Below, in pieces: positions 41,258 to 50,529 of a stretch of DNA of 64,000 bases; positions within the stretch are counted from its first letter, which is position 1, and each line of letters opens with the position of its first letter. The stretch covers positions 8,249 to 72,248 of the IMG/VR virus record IMGVR_UViG_2871105481_000001. One strand, given 5' to 3'. Made by a program: the position numbers and the translations under genes. The notes under the pieces were generated by a model that saw nothing but the letters and a program-made list of their open reading frames with translations, did not search any database and was not told the DNA's origin. The DNA comes from a virus (lineage: Duplodnaviria > Caudoviricetes).

Positions 41258-41713
41258 ATGAAACAACTAAAGATTGAAATTCCTGAAGGATTTAAAGTAG
41301 ATGAATTTAATCCAGAATCAGGTATTATTAAATTCAAACCTATACCACAGAATATTAAAGATATAATTAAAACACTAGATGATGTTTATAACTATCATGA
41401 TATAGATAAAGATGAATTTAACAGAAGGTTCAAATCATGTACTGAAGATGAAATTGCCTATAAACATCTAAAGTTAATAACTTCTGCTTTAAACGAAGGT
41501 TGGGAACCAGATTGGGGGAATGGACAATGGGATAAGTGGTTCAACTGGTTCAACATGCCATCAAAAAATGGCCGGTTCTCGTTCTGCGACTCCTTTAATC
41601 GGTACTCGTTTTCGCATTGCTCTGCCCGCCTTTGCTTTAAATCCAAAGACCTTGCTCAGTACGCTGCAAAGCAATTCTTAGAGGTGTATGAGAAATATAT
41701 GGTTATTAAGTAA
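41258..41713 (+). CDS. DGR target protein 1 (distal)
   Basis: Carries VR1; paralog of 55335-55820 and 55832-56203 (ALNEGWxPDW...GRFSF...RLC). Confidence 0.9.
   Translation: MKQLKIEIPEGFKVDEFNPESGIIKFKPIPQNIKDIIKTLDDVYNYHDIDKDEFNRRFKSCTEDEIAYKHLKLITSALNEGWEPDWGNGQWDKWFNWFNMPSKNGRFSFCDSFNRYSFSHCSARLCFKSKDLAQYAAKQFLEVYEKYMVIK
41569..41634 (+). repeat. DGR variable repeat VR1
   Basis: Ungapped to TR 56243-56308; 16 mismatches in 66 nt, all opposite TR adenines. Confidence 0.92.
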
Positions 41714-41725
41714 ACTCTTAGTTTT

Positions 41726-41950
41726 ATGAAGCATATATTATACATAGTAATTTGTTTAGCAGGTATAATTTCATTAATATTTTTTTTGGAATCAAAATCT
41801 AATAAAGTAAAAAGTGCAAAACTTCAATGTGAATTAGGAATGAATCTATACAAACTATAAATAACTAAATATAAAGGAAATTTTAAAAAGTCAGATTCAG
41901 CATATAATTCAGATATAGATAGAATACTAAATGATATTTATAAAAAATAA
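41726..41950 (+). pseudogene. Small N-terminally anchored protein with an internal TAA
   Basis: ATG 41726, in-frame TAA at 41858-41860; the frame stays open to a TAA at 41950 that abuts the next ATG. Confidence 0.5.
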
Positions 41951-42358
41951 ATGAATCCAATAGTAACATTTGACTTCGACAAGACTTTATCCAGAACTGA
42001 TGTTCAACAATATGCTAAACAACTTATTAAAAGAAATATAACTGTTTGGGTTGTTACTGCAAGATATGATGAACTACAAAAACATAGATGGGTCGCAAAT
42101 CCATGCAATGAAGATCTTTATAAAGTAATTGAAGAAGTTGGAATACCAAGACATAAAGTTAGATTCCAATGTATGACACCAAAGTATGATTACTTAAAAC
42201 ATACAAAAGTACTTTGGCACTTAGATGATAATGAAGATGAACTTTATAGTATTAAAATGAATAGTGACGTAAATCCGATTGATGTTAATTTTTCAACATG
42301 GAAAGAAGAGTGCGAAGCTTTATTGGAAAAACACATGAAACAAAATAAAAAATTATGA
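41951..42358 (+). CDS. HAD-superfamily phosphatase-like protein
   Basis: FDFDKTL (DxD motif I), VVTAR (motif II), HLDD (motif IV). Confidence 0.75.
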   Translation: MNPIVTFDFDKTLSRTDVQQYAKQLIKRNITVWVVTARYDELQKHRWVANPCNEDLYKVIEEVGIPRHKVRFQCMTPKYDYLKHTKVLWHLDDNEDELYSIKMNSDVNPIDVNFSTWKEECEALLEKHMKQNKKL

Positions 42359-42978
42359 CTTTTCTTGAACAATTAAAATATATAAAATCAATTCTTGAAA
42401 ATCCAGATCAAGAAAGTTTAAATATGTCATTAGCTGATACTCATCATACAAATATATTTTCATTAGTAATAAAAGGAAATAGTCTAGGTGAGTTAACTAG
42501 AGTTTTTATTTCTTCAAAAAAATTAAAACCATTTGAAGTTCAATTACATTCGCACAGGTATCCCATTAAATTAACTGTTATAAAAGGTAATATTAAACAT
42601 TTTATTGCTGAAGAAGCATTATCATATGATGAAAAAAGTATTCAATTATCACAGTTTGAATATAAAAGTCCATTAAATGGTGGGTCAGGATTAAAATATA
42701 TTAATGATTTTAATTTTAACATAAAAGAATACCCAATTCCTATTGGATCTATAATAAAAATGAGCCAAAATGATATTCATACTATGTCATGTTCAAAAGG
42801 GTCTATATGGATAGTAGAGGAACAAGGCTTCAAAACAGATAGCAGTATAGTTTTAGGAGTGCCATTTATTACTGAAGGACTTTATAATACCCCTAAGCAA
42901 TTTCAAATTAATGATAATTATCAACTACTAAAAAAAGAAGTAAATAATTTAATTAACAATTATGAAAAAGTAATTTAA
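42355..42978 (+). CDS. Hypothetical protein (possibly cupin-like)
   Basis: 207 aa with LHSHRY and DIHTMSC His motifs in a beta-rich sequence. Confidence 0.45.
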   Translation: MTFLEQLKYIKSILENPDQESLNMSLADTHHTNIFSLVIKGNSLGELTRVFISSKKLKPFEVQLHSHRYPIKLTVIKGNIKHFIAEEALSYDEKSIQLSQFEYKSPLNGGSGLKYINDFNFNIKEYPIPIGSIIKMSQNDIHTMSCSKGSIWIVEEQGFKTDSSIVLGVPFITEGLYNTPKQFQINDNYQLLKKEVNNLINNYEKVI

Positions 42979-42979
42979 T

Positions 42980-43375
42980 ATGAGAATAATTATAGCAGGA
43001 TCAAGGGATTTTAATGACTATGAATTTCTTAAAAATAAGTTGGATGAAATTGTAGCAACTAAAAATAATGTAGAGATAGTTTGTGGTATGGCAAAAGGCG
43101 CAGATTTATTAGGTAAACGATATGGAGAAGAAAGAAACTTTTGCGTTCACGAATATCCTGCCGAATGGAATAATATAGAAGATAAACATCCAGGAGAAAT
43201 TAAATCAAATCAAAATGGAAGATACTGGATAAGAGCCGGAATAGTTAGAAATGAAACTATGGCACAGAATGCAGATATGTTAGTAGCATTTATAGTTAAC
43301 AAATCTTCTGGAACTTCTAACATGATTGAATTAGCTAAAAAGTATAAGTTGAAAACAATTGTAATAGATATTTAA
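42980..43375 (+). CDS. SLOG/YspA-like (DUF2493-type) protein
   Basis: MRIIIAGSRDFNDY, IVCGMAKGAD, AGIVRN..M, SSGT.NMI. Confidence 0.8.
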   Translation: MRIIIAGSRDFNDYEFLKNKLDEIVATKNNVEIVCGMAKGADLLGKRYGEERNFCVHEYPAEWNNIEDKHPGEIKSNQNGRYWIRAGIVRNETMAQNADMLVAFIVNKSSGTSNMIELAKKYKLKTIVIDI

Positions 43376-43378
43376 GAT

Positions 43379-43822
43379 ATGAAAATATTAGCATTAGATA
43401 TTGCCACAACTTCGGGTTATTCATCATCATCAGGAGAATCAGGAACTTTTAATTGTTCTTTCAAAAAAGGAGAATCAGGATCTATTAGATTACTCCGTTT
43501 CAGAAATAAAGTGAATGAACTATTAGATTTAATAAAACCAGAAGTTGTTGCCTATGAAAGATCAGCAGGAAGAAATACACACTCAATAAAAACACAATCT
43601 GAAATGATAGGAGTATTAACTTTAATGTTGGAAGATAAAAATATACAATATGCATCCTACTCCCCTTCTGAGGTTAAGAAATTTTTTACAGGAAAAGGAA
43701 ATGCTTCAAAAGAATTAATGGTTGAAACTGCTAAAAAAAAATATCCTGAAATTGAGATATTAGATGATAACCACGCCGATTCATTAGCTATTTTAGAACT
43801 AGCTCAGTCTGATTTATTGTAG
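43379..43822 (+). CDS. RuvC-like Holliday junction resolvase
   Basis: ILALDIAT, VAYE, VKKFFTGKGNASKE, DDNHADSLAI catalytic acidic pattern. Confidence 0.85.
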   Translation: MKILALDIATTSGYSSSSGESGTFNCSFKKGESGSIRLLRFRNKVNELLDLIKPEVVAYERSAGRNTHSIKTQSEMIGVLTLMLEDKNIQYASYSPSEVKKFFTGKGNASKELMVETAKKKYPEIEILDDNHADSLAILELAQSDLL

Positions 43823-43878
43823 CTAACCATCAGTTGCGTTCACCAACCATATCTTAGTAAAACAAAAAAGCCCATGAT

Positions 43879-44232
43879 ATGGTAATTGAAAAAGGCATTA
43901 TTATTCCAGCCTTCTTATTAGAAGAAGAGTATGAACTAGATAATATCAATGAAGAAGATGATGAATTTGAAGATGATATTGAAAGGCTAGTTAAAAACTC
44001 ACTAAATGAAAAACCGGAAGAAAAAATTCCATTCTTCCAATCAGAATTAATCAATATTCTTTTCTACGATATTTCAAATATAACACCGGCTTCAGATAAA
44101 TTCTATGGTGATAATTGCAGCATTATTTTATCAGGAGGAAAAGAATACTTCACAAACTTACCAATAGAAAGTATTCAAAATAAAATATATAACCTAAAAA
44201 GAGAAGAAAATCTTTTATACATATCTAATTAA
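43879..44232 (+). CDS. Hypothetical protein with acidic N-terminus
   Basis: ORF track; co-oriented in the operon. Confidence 0.5.
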   Translation: MVIEKGIIIPAFLLEEEYELDNINEEDDEFEDDIERLVKNSLNEKPEEKIPFFQSELINILFYDISNITPASDKFYGDNCSIILSGGKEYFTNLPIESIQNKIYNLKREENLLYISN

Positions 44233-44233
44233 G

Positions 44234-44443
44234 ATGACAGATAAAAAAGCGAAAAAACTGGGATTCACTCATAAAGGTAGAATGTACGGTGTACCAGTTT
44301 ATTTTTTCAATAATGGAAATTATCACATACATTCTAAAAACTTTTTTTGGAGAGTTTATTTAGATATGCTAATATTTTTAGATATAAAAGTATTCAAAAT
44401 AAATTATTCATTTGAGATTGATTATGTACATGAATTAGATTAA
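44234..44443 (+). CDS. Hypothetical protein
   Basis: 69 aa, tightly packed; GFTHKGRMYGVPVY. Confidence 0.5.
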   Translation: MTDKKAKKLGFTHKGRMYGVPVYFFNNGNYHIHSKNFFWRVYLDMLIFLDIKVFKINYSFEIDYVHELD

Positions 44444-44470
44444 TAATTACCATTTACAATATAAAACCAC

Positions 44471-44965
44471 ATGAAAATTTTCTTAATAAATACAGATCTT
44501 GAACATGAAACATTAAGAGACTTTATAAACTTCTATAACTCTACTGATGAATCTGAATATGTACAAATAATTATTAAATCCGGAGGTGGTTATTGTTATG
44601 TTGCTGATGAAATACTTGATATAATCAATAGTGATCCTGAAAGATTCACTCTAATAGCTACCAGATGGATTTATTCTTCCGCATTCGATTTATTCATGAA
44701 GGCAAAATGTAAAAGAATATTAAAGCCTAATACAGTCGGAATGATACATGAAGCATTACATGACATAACTTTTTCATTGAACGGTAGATCACACCCGGAA
44801 ACTAAAGTCTTACAAGAAACATATAAATCAAATCTTAAAGAATACATGGATTATCTAACTAACTTTCTAAAATTAAGTAAGCAAGAAATAAAAGACTATA
44901 ATAATCAAAAAGATGTTTACTTCAATTACACCAGACTTTTAGAAATACTAAACAACACAATCTAA
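44471..44965 (+). CDS. ClpP/crotonase-like serine protease
   Basis: IKSGGG oxyanion loop, YSSAF nucleophile elbow, MIHE His motif. Confidence 0.65.
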   Translation: MKIFLINTDLEHETLRDFINFYNSTDESEYVQIIIKSGGGYCYVADEILDIINSDPERFTLIATRWIYSSAFDLFMKAKCKRILKPNTVGMIHEALHDITFSLNGRSHPETKVLQETYKSNLKEYMDYLTNFLKLSKQEIKDYNNQKDVYFNYTRLLEILNNTI

Positions 44966-44969
44966 TAAA

Positions 44970-45359
44970 ATGAAACACCTCCTATCAATCCCAAAAGAAT
45001 TCAAACAAATGCATATCGATAAATTCAAACAATTCCTAGATGAAGGTTATGAAATTATCGAAGAAACACAAGTGAATGATTTTAAATGTTATGTGTTTGA
45101 AAAGAAATTTGAATCTGTTGTTGACCAACTTAAAAATGATATGATGTCAAAACGAATTGAAGAAGTTAACAAAGTTTATCAAGATGCGTTTACTGAAGGA
45201 ATTAATTATAGGACTATATTCCAAACTACACCAAGTATTTCAACTAAAAATTATCATGTTTTAACAGATGAAGAATTAGGCCAGAGTAATGCTTGTAAAA
45301 TAAAATTAAGTGAAATAATGAGCAAGTTAATAAATGATAGAAAAGAAAATGGAAGATAA
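44970..45359 (+). CDS. Hypothetical protein
   Basis: 129-aa ORF in the operon. Confidence 0.5.
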   Translation: MKHLLSIPKEFKQMHIDKFKQFLDEGYEIIEETQVNDFKCYVFEKKFESVVDQLKNDMMSKRIEEVNKVYQDAFTEGINYRTIFQTTPSISTKNYHVLTDEELGQSNACKIKLSEIMSKLINDRKENGR

Positions 45360-45759
45360 ATTCACTTTACCTGAATTTGATTCACCAAAGAATTATCCAG
45401 AAGATTATGTTGATGGCCATAATCAATATGTATGTAAGTGCTATAAATGCAAAGAACATTTCTACGGATATAAGCGTAGAATCATCTGTAAAGAATGTTT
45501 AAATACTGAAGATAAAACATTAGATAATTTTGATTTTCTTCATAACAAAGTTGCTGATATTGTAAATAATAACAATACTGGTAATAATGAATTAATAGAA
45601 CTTCTTAAATCTTATGACAATCAGTTCAGTGACAGGGGTACATTAAGAACATTACTTATGAGTATAAAACCTATACTTAAAGATAATGAAGAGTTAAAAT
45701 ATTACTATAATAAGTTAGCTGAAAGACTAAGAGAAGGAAGTAACAGTAAGAAAATTTAA
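45349..45759 (+). CDS. Hypothetical protein with CxxC..CxxC
   Basis: NQYVCKCYKCKEHFYGYKRRIICKEC. Confidence 0.5.
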   Translation: MEDKFTLPEFDSPKNYPEDYVDGHNQYVCKCYKCKEHFYGYKRRIICKECLNTEDKTLDNFDFLHNKVADIVNNNNTGNNELIELLKSYDNQFSDRGTLRTLLMSIKPILKDNEELKYYYNKLAERLREGSNSKKI

Positions 45760-45891
45760 ATAAAAAAATATAATATGAATCAAGACATTATTATTGGAAG
45801 TGAGTATGATGGTATTTAATGACCTTATCTTATCACAATTTAATCAATTCCCACATCTTTTCGGTGTGGGTTTATTTAACAAATAATAATT

Positions 45892-46221
45892 ATGAATATA
45901 TTTAAAAAATACAGAATTAAACTTTGGGCAATTTCCATTTGGTGCTATATCTGGTATAAACCTCACTATGTACTTCATGTAGAAAAATATGAAGATGATG
46001 ACGAAGAATATGAGGAACATAGATACTACGTTAAAAAACGAGTCATTCCGTGGATTTTACTTTTCCCTATAGTAGCTATACCACTATTTATTTATGGAGG
46101 TTTGAAATCTCTATTTGATTATTTTGCCTTTATATTCACGTGGTATCAGAACTGGATAACAGTACAAAAAAAAGAAATTGATTTTAAAACCAAATTAGAT
46201 ATTGCAAGAAGACTATTGTAA
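45892..46221 (+). CDS. Hypothetical membrane protein
   Basis: 109 aa with a central hydrophobic segment. Confidence 0.5.
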   Translation: MNIFKKYRIKLWAISIWCYIWYKPHYVLHVEKYEDDDEEYEEHRYYVKKRVIPWILLFPIVAIPLFIYGGLKSLFDYFAFIFTWYQNWITVQKKEIDFKTKLDIARRLL

Positions 46222-46314
46222 TAATATAAATCCTATATTTGCATTGAAATGATACTCCATTTCTAACAACTGTTTCCATAGTAATGACATTTGGTTCTAT
46301 GGTTAACAAAAATT

Positions 46315-46344
46315 AAAGTTCTTGAATTGCAATTCAAGAACTTT
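46315..46344. terminator. Perfect 30-bp palindrome followed by a T run
   Basis: AAAGTTCTTGAATTG|CAATTCAAGAACTTT then TTTT. Confidence 0.7.
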
Positions 46345-46493
46345 TTTTATTTAACACAAAAACAATCGTAAAATCTACTCAATTTAATTTCACAAACACT
46401 TATACCAAAAATAATTTTAAATACAAATATCGCACATTAAAATACGTAATTAGGTATATTTGCTATATTAATTATTATTACAATGTTATTAAA

Positions 46494-46691
46494 TTGAATT
46501 TATACCCAAAAACTAAACCCTATTACTCAGGATACTTTCTTATAATTATTAAAAAAGAAGATTATAAATTTAACTATGTAGCTCAATATAATCACAGAAC
46601 AAATAAATGGTTTAGATTTAACCCATTTAATCATCAAGAAAATATAATTGAAATTGATATGGAAATAAAACAATGGAGCGAAATTGAATAG
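46494..46691 (+). CDS. Small hypothetical protein
   Basis: 65 aa with TTG start; plausible but weak. Confidence 0.35.
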   Translation: MNLYPKTKPYYSGYFLIIIKKEDYKFNYVAQYNHRTNKWFRFNPFNHQENIIEIDMEIKQWSEIE

Positions 46692-47803
46692 AACTAACAA
46701 TAGGTTGTGAATTTATAAATGAAAATTAGAAAGTGATATAGTTGAATGTCCAGTATATTTTGAGAGGGGGCGAAAAAAAATTGCAATAAAACTCAAAAAA
46801 AAATGACCTGGCACTCTAGAAATAGGCAAATGATTTTCTGATTTCAAACTCGATTTTATATAGATCATAATACTATTGGATAAGTATTTCAATTAAACAT
46901 ATTGCCATACACAAGGATATCTAAAATCATTTATAATAAAAGGTTGGTATACGTAGGTAGTAAGGGGTATATAAAAATATTTTCTATGGTAAATATTAGT
47001 TGCGTCTTCTTTATGGAGACGGCACACTAAATATAGTTACAAAGGGTATATAAATTATTAATACTGTAATACAGTACCCACAAAAACAAAGACACCATTC
47101 AATAAATACCAATAAATACACTAACTATTGATAATAAAAACTTATTTTATTTATTGATTTAATAATACAAGAGTAATATATTATAAGGTGTAAATATATT
47201 CTTCAGCTTATTCTTGTATATTAATCTAATTCACTCCTAATACATAATGTAAATAATTCAATAAAATAATATATATATTAATGAATACATAGTGAAAACC
47301 ATATAAAATACTAAAAAGGCAGTCTCCACCCTATTACACTTGTTGCATTATTCGTAAAAGTGAATGAAAAAGTATCAGTTCAAAAACTAGAATAAATACT
47401 ATATTTTTAGAATATTCACTATTTTAAATAGAATATAAGGTTAAATAAAGGTTATATATATAATATACTGAATAAACAGCTTTAATTCAGGTTAAAATGA
47501 TTGGGTAATATAGTAAGATGAAAATTAAGTATTATTGTCTGTATGGTGATAAAATAAGCTTGCAAGTTTATAATAGTCTTACATAATACTAATCTTTATT
47601 CATTGCTTTAATAGTTGTTTATAGTGAATATCTGTTTTACTGTTAGATATATCTATTTAGCTTCTTATATACTACTTATGCCCTTCGGGCTTCTTAACTC
47701 TTCCTCCTTATTATCTCTTACTCTTTATGTAGTTATTCTCTTAGTGTGGTGTTCTTCTGTTAGTAAACGCAAAAGATTATAATTTACTATCTTTAAAACA
47801 AAA

Positions 47804-48058
47804 ATGACTTTATATTTATGTATTAAAGATTTGGATACTTTGATAATAGATTGGAACCTTATAAGAATACCACAAATAGGAGAACAAATTTATATTAAAG
47901 ACTTTCTTTCAGATCCTGATAAAGATAAAATCCTTCAAGATATCATGACTGTAAAATATATACAATGGATAAAGTTAAATGATATTATTTATCCTGTATT
48001 ATTCTTAGAATATGGCGAAAGCAATTTACCCGAAATAGATATGCCGAGTATTAACTAA
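47804..48058 (+). CDS. Hypothetical protein
   Basis: 84 aa, A-rich start context, followed by a hairpin at about 48062-48090. Confidence 0.5.
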   Translation: MTLYLCIKDLDTLIIDWNLIRIPQIGEQIYIKDFLSDPDKDKILQDIMTVKYIQWIKLNDIIYPVLFLEYGESNLPEIDMPSIN

Positions 48059-48325
48059 ATAAAAAATCCCTAACATTTAAGCTGGGGATTTCTTTTGGTA
48101 TTTACTTACAACTTGTAATATCATGGCCGAAAACCAAAAAGCTGTAATAATTAATTAGGCTGCAACTAGGAGTTAATTCTTCTGGTTGTTTTGTTGTATA
48201 CAAATATAGTGTATTTAGTATTATAGTTTTGTCTGCTGGTGTTGGCTTTTATTTGTAAACGCGAATTATTCTATTTGGCACATCATTTGAAAAATAATTA
48301 TATATTTACTACATAAATCAAAATC

Positions 48326-48733
48326 ATGAAATATTATAAACATTTACTCATTCTTTCATTTGTATTTTTTGCGTTTACTGCCTTATTTTCTTGCAGTAGT
48401 AATAGAGATGATAATAATATAAACAATAGATCTGTTGACATAGTTACATATACTGAGTTACCAGATAAACCCTATTTACTTATAGGGAAAGATTTTTCTA
48501 TTGAAACAAAAGGAAAATGGGAGAAGAAGGGCATTCATTTAGGCAATAATGTAGACCCATTTAACTTACAGGTCCGTTATCCTAATGGTAATTTAAATGC
48601 TGATTATGTTATTATATTAGAGATGTACGAAAATGGTAAACAGATTTATAGAATTGGCGGAAAAGGAAAAATAGATCTAGAATTAAAAGAAGGTAATATT
48701 AGTCTTAAGTCTAATTATATTTTACCAAAATAG
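48326..48733 (+). CDS. Lipoprotein
   Basis: Signal peptide with lipobox LFS-C followed by SSNRDD. Confidence 0.65.
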   Translation: MKYYKHLLILSFVFFAFTALFSCSSNRDDNNINNRSVDIVTYTELPDKPYLLIGKDFSIETKGKWEKKGIHLGNNVDPFNLQVRYPNGNLNADYVIILEMYENGKQIYRIGGKGKIDLELKEGNISLKSNYILPK

Positions 48734-48750
48734 ATTAACACTATTAAACC

Positions 48751-49089
48751 CTATTCTTTGTCTTCCTTGATATCATCTATCTGATTTTTAATGTTCTCAT
48801 TTTCGTATTCTAAATCATCTATTCTATCAGAATTGTCATCATATTTATAATTAGGTATGTTAGGTTGAGTATTATTATCCTCTAAATCTAAAATTTTATT
48901 TTCCAACTCTTCAACACGATAATTTAGATCATCCACTTGATCATTTAGTTGAATAGTATTTTTTATTAGCTTCTTAATAATATCTTCATCTCTAATATGT
49001 TTCTTTGGAAATATTAATTTTGTTGATCCATAATAAGCAAATGAAATATAAGCTATAAAAACTAATGATATAAAAATACTCTTTTTCAT
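48751..49089 (-). CDS. Membrane-anchored coiled-coil protein
   Basis: N-terminal TM helix, heptad repeats. Confidence 0.55.
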   Translation of the reverse strand: MKKSIFISLVFIAYISFAYYGSTKLIFPKKHIRDEDIIKKLIKNTIQLNDQVDDLNYRVEELENKILDLEDNNTQPNIPNYKYDDNSDRIDDLEYENENIKNQIDDIKEDKE

Positions 49090-49286
49090 CTTCTTGGAGC
49101 TCTTCTAGTATAAGGTTGAACATAAGTTCCATTTTTTCTATAATACCCTTTAACATGAACTGTTCCAGAGCTATATCCACTAGAATACCCAGAACTAGGA
49201 TAACTTGAATTATAATATACATCATTATTATAGCTGCCACATGAAGCAAAAACAATAAATACGATAAAAAGTAAAAGTTTTTTCAT
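49086..49286 (-). CDS. Small lipoprotein with HVKGYYRKNGTYV motif
   Basis: FAS-C lipobox, Ser/Gly/Tyr linker, basic C-terminal beta-hairpin motif. Start uncertain (49292 in track). Confidence 0.6.
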   Translation of the reverse strand: MKKLLLFIVFIVFASCGSYNNDVYYNSSYPSSGYSSGYSSGTVHVKGYYRKNGTYVQPYTRRAPRR

Positions 49287-49291
49287 AAACA

Positions 49292-49846
49292 TTATTTTAC
49301 ATAATCTTTAGCAAGATAATTTAAAAATTCCCTAAACTCTTTAAATGTGCTTTGTTTTTTAAACATTTCTGTTATCCTTTTTTCAGAATACAAAGTATTA
49401 TTTACTAAAAAATTCATTAAATCGTCAAAAGCTACAAACTTGTAATTTTCTTTTGTAATATATATTTTGTTTTCCTCTATATCATCTAATAATAATTTAT
49501 AATAACGTGAAAGATTTTCTTCATATTCATTCATAGTATTTTCAATTTTTCCACACCATATTATACGTTTACTTTCTTCTTCAATCCTTGGAATCATTTC
49601 TATATTACTCTCAATAGCTTTAAGTTCAATTTTATTATTATCATTTATGAAATTCTTCCTATAGATCCACTTATTAGATAAATTAATAGTATTAATAGAA
49701 TTGACTTTTGCTTCAATTTTTCTAGTTTCCTGCTTAAGGATATTTAATCTTGAATATAAAGTTTCCATTTTTTTTGTCCCCTCCAATGTTTGACTATATA
49801 ATATTGAATTAAACAATAAAAAAACTACCTTAATAAGCTTGATCAT
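49292..49846 (-). CDS. Exported/hypothetical protein
   Basis: Signal-like N-terminus (LLFNSILYSQ). Confidence 0.5.
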   Translation of the reverse strand: MIKLIKVVFLLFNSILYSQTLEGTKKMETLYSRLNILKQETRKIEAKVNSINTINLSNKWIYRKNFINDNNKIELKAIESNIEMIPRIEEESKRIIWCGKIENTMNEYEENLSRYYKLLLDDIEENKIYITKENYKFVAFDDLMNFLVNNTLYSEKRITEMFKKQSTFKEFREFLNYLAKDYVK

Positions 49847-49923
49847 AAAATTTATTTTAGCTAAAATTAACTTTAAACTCTTTATGCAGCTTAAAATTTA
49901 ACAAACTTTAACGCTTCCATGTA

Positions 49924-49953
49924 TTGTGCAAATAAAAAACATGCGTAAATTTG
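49924..49953 (+). promoter_or_regulatory. Bacteroidota promoter of the antirepressor operon
   Basis: TTG 49924-49926, 19-nt spacer, TAAATTTG 49946-49953. Confidence 0.7.
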
Positions 49954-49956
49954 AAT

Positions 49957-50145
49957 TGTTCAAATCAGTGCATTAAGTGTTTATACTTATTGCAATAAAT
50001 TTAAAGTATAAAAATATTAAGCCCTGGAGGTGTCGTATGGTCGTAATACTATACAATCTTTTGCGTAAGCACTGATTTGAACAGCACCCACCCAGGGCGT
50101 TTTATGTTTAAATAATTTTAAATTTAAATATTATGTTCAAATCAG
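49957..50145 (+). promoter_or_regulatory. Structured leader with complementary boxes A/B'/C
   Basis: TGTTCAAATCAGTGC (49957-49971) is the exact reverse complement of 50069-50083; a 12-nt copy lies at 50134-50145 over the ATG; GCCCTGG/CCAGGGC stem 50021-50098. Confidence 0.7.
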
Positions 50146-50499
50146 ATTCAAGCACTAACAGTGCGCAACAAAAAAATGTAGAAATTGATGACGGTTCAAT
50201 CAGTCATATTTTTGAAGATCCTACACCTATAAAATCAGGATATTCAGATAACTACTTGAAAAAAACACGCAACAATAGGCGTAATTAAAGACCTTTTACT
50301 AATCACCCGATTAGAAGAACTCCTAAAACAGACAATTGAATTCAACTGCTTTAACACCCTTTTCTTTATTATTGGTGTTACTCCATTTTCTGAAGAAGCG
50401 AATAAAATTGTAGATGTATTCCTGAAATACAAATACGATAAAGTTCAAGACTGTTTAGCCGAATATGTGTACACTAAAATTAGTGATGCACTAGTATAG
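50133..50499 (+). pseudogene. First ORF of the antirepressor operon, split at an A7 run
   Basis: ATG 50133 frame stops at 50288. Removing one A from 50259-50265 gives a continuous 121-aa ORF to TAG 50499. Confidence 0.5.
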
Positions 50500-50529
50500 T
50501 TATAGTATAACGTTATAAAATTTACAATC

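Noticed and set aside
41635-41680. BPP-1-like hairpin downstream of the VRs
   Set aside because: Only a 4-bp TTGC/GCAA pairing in target 1, not conserved in target 3.
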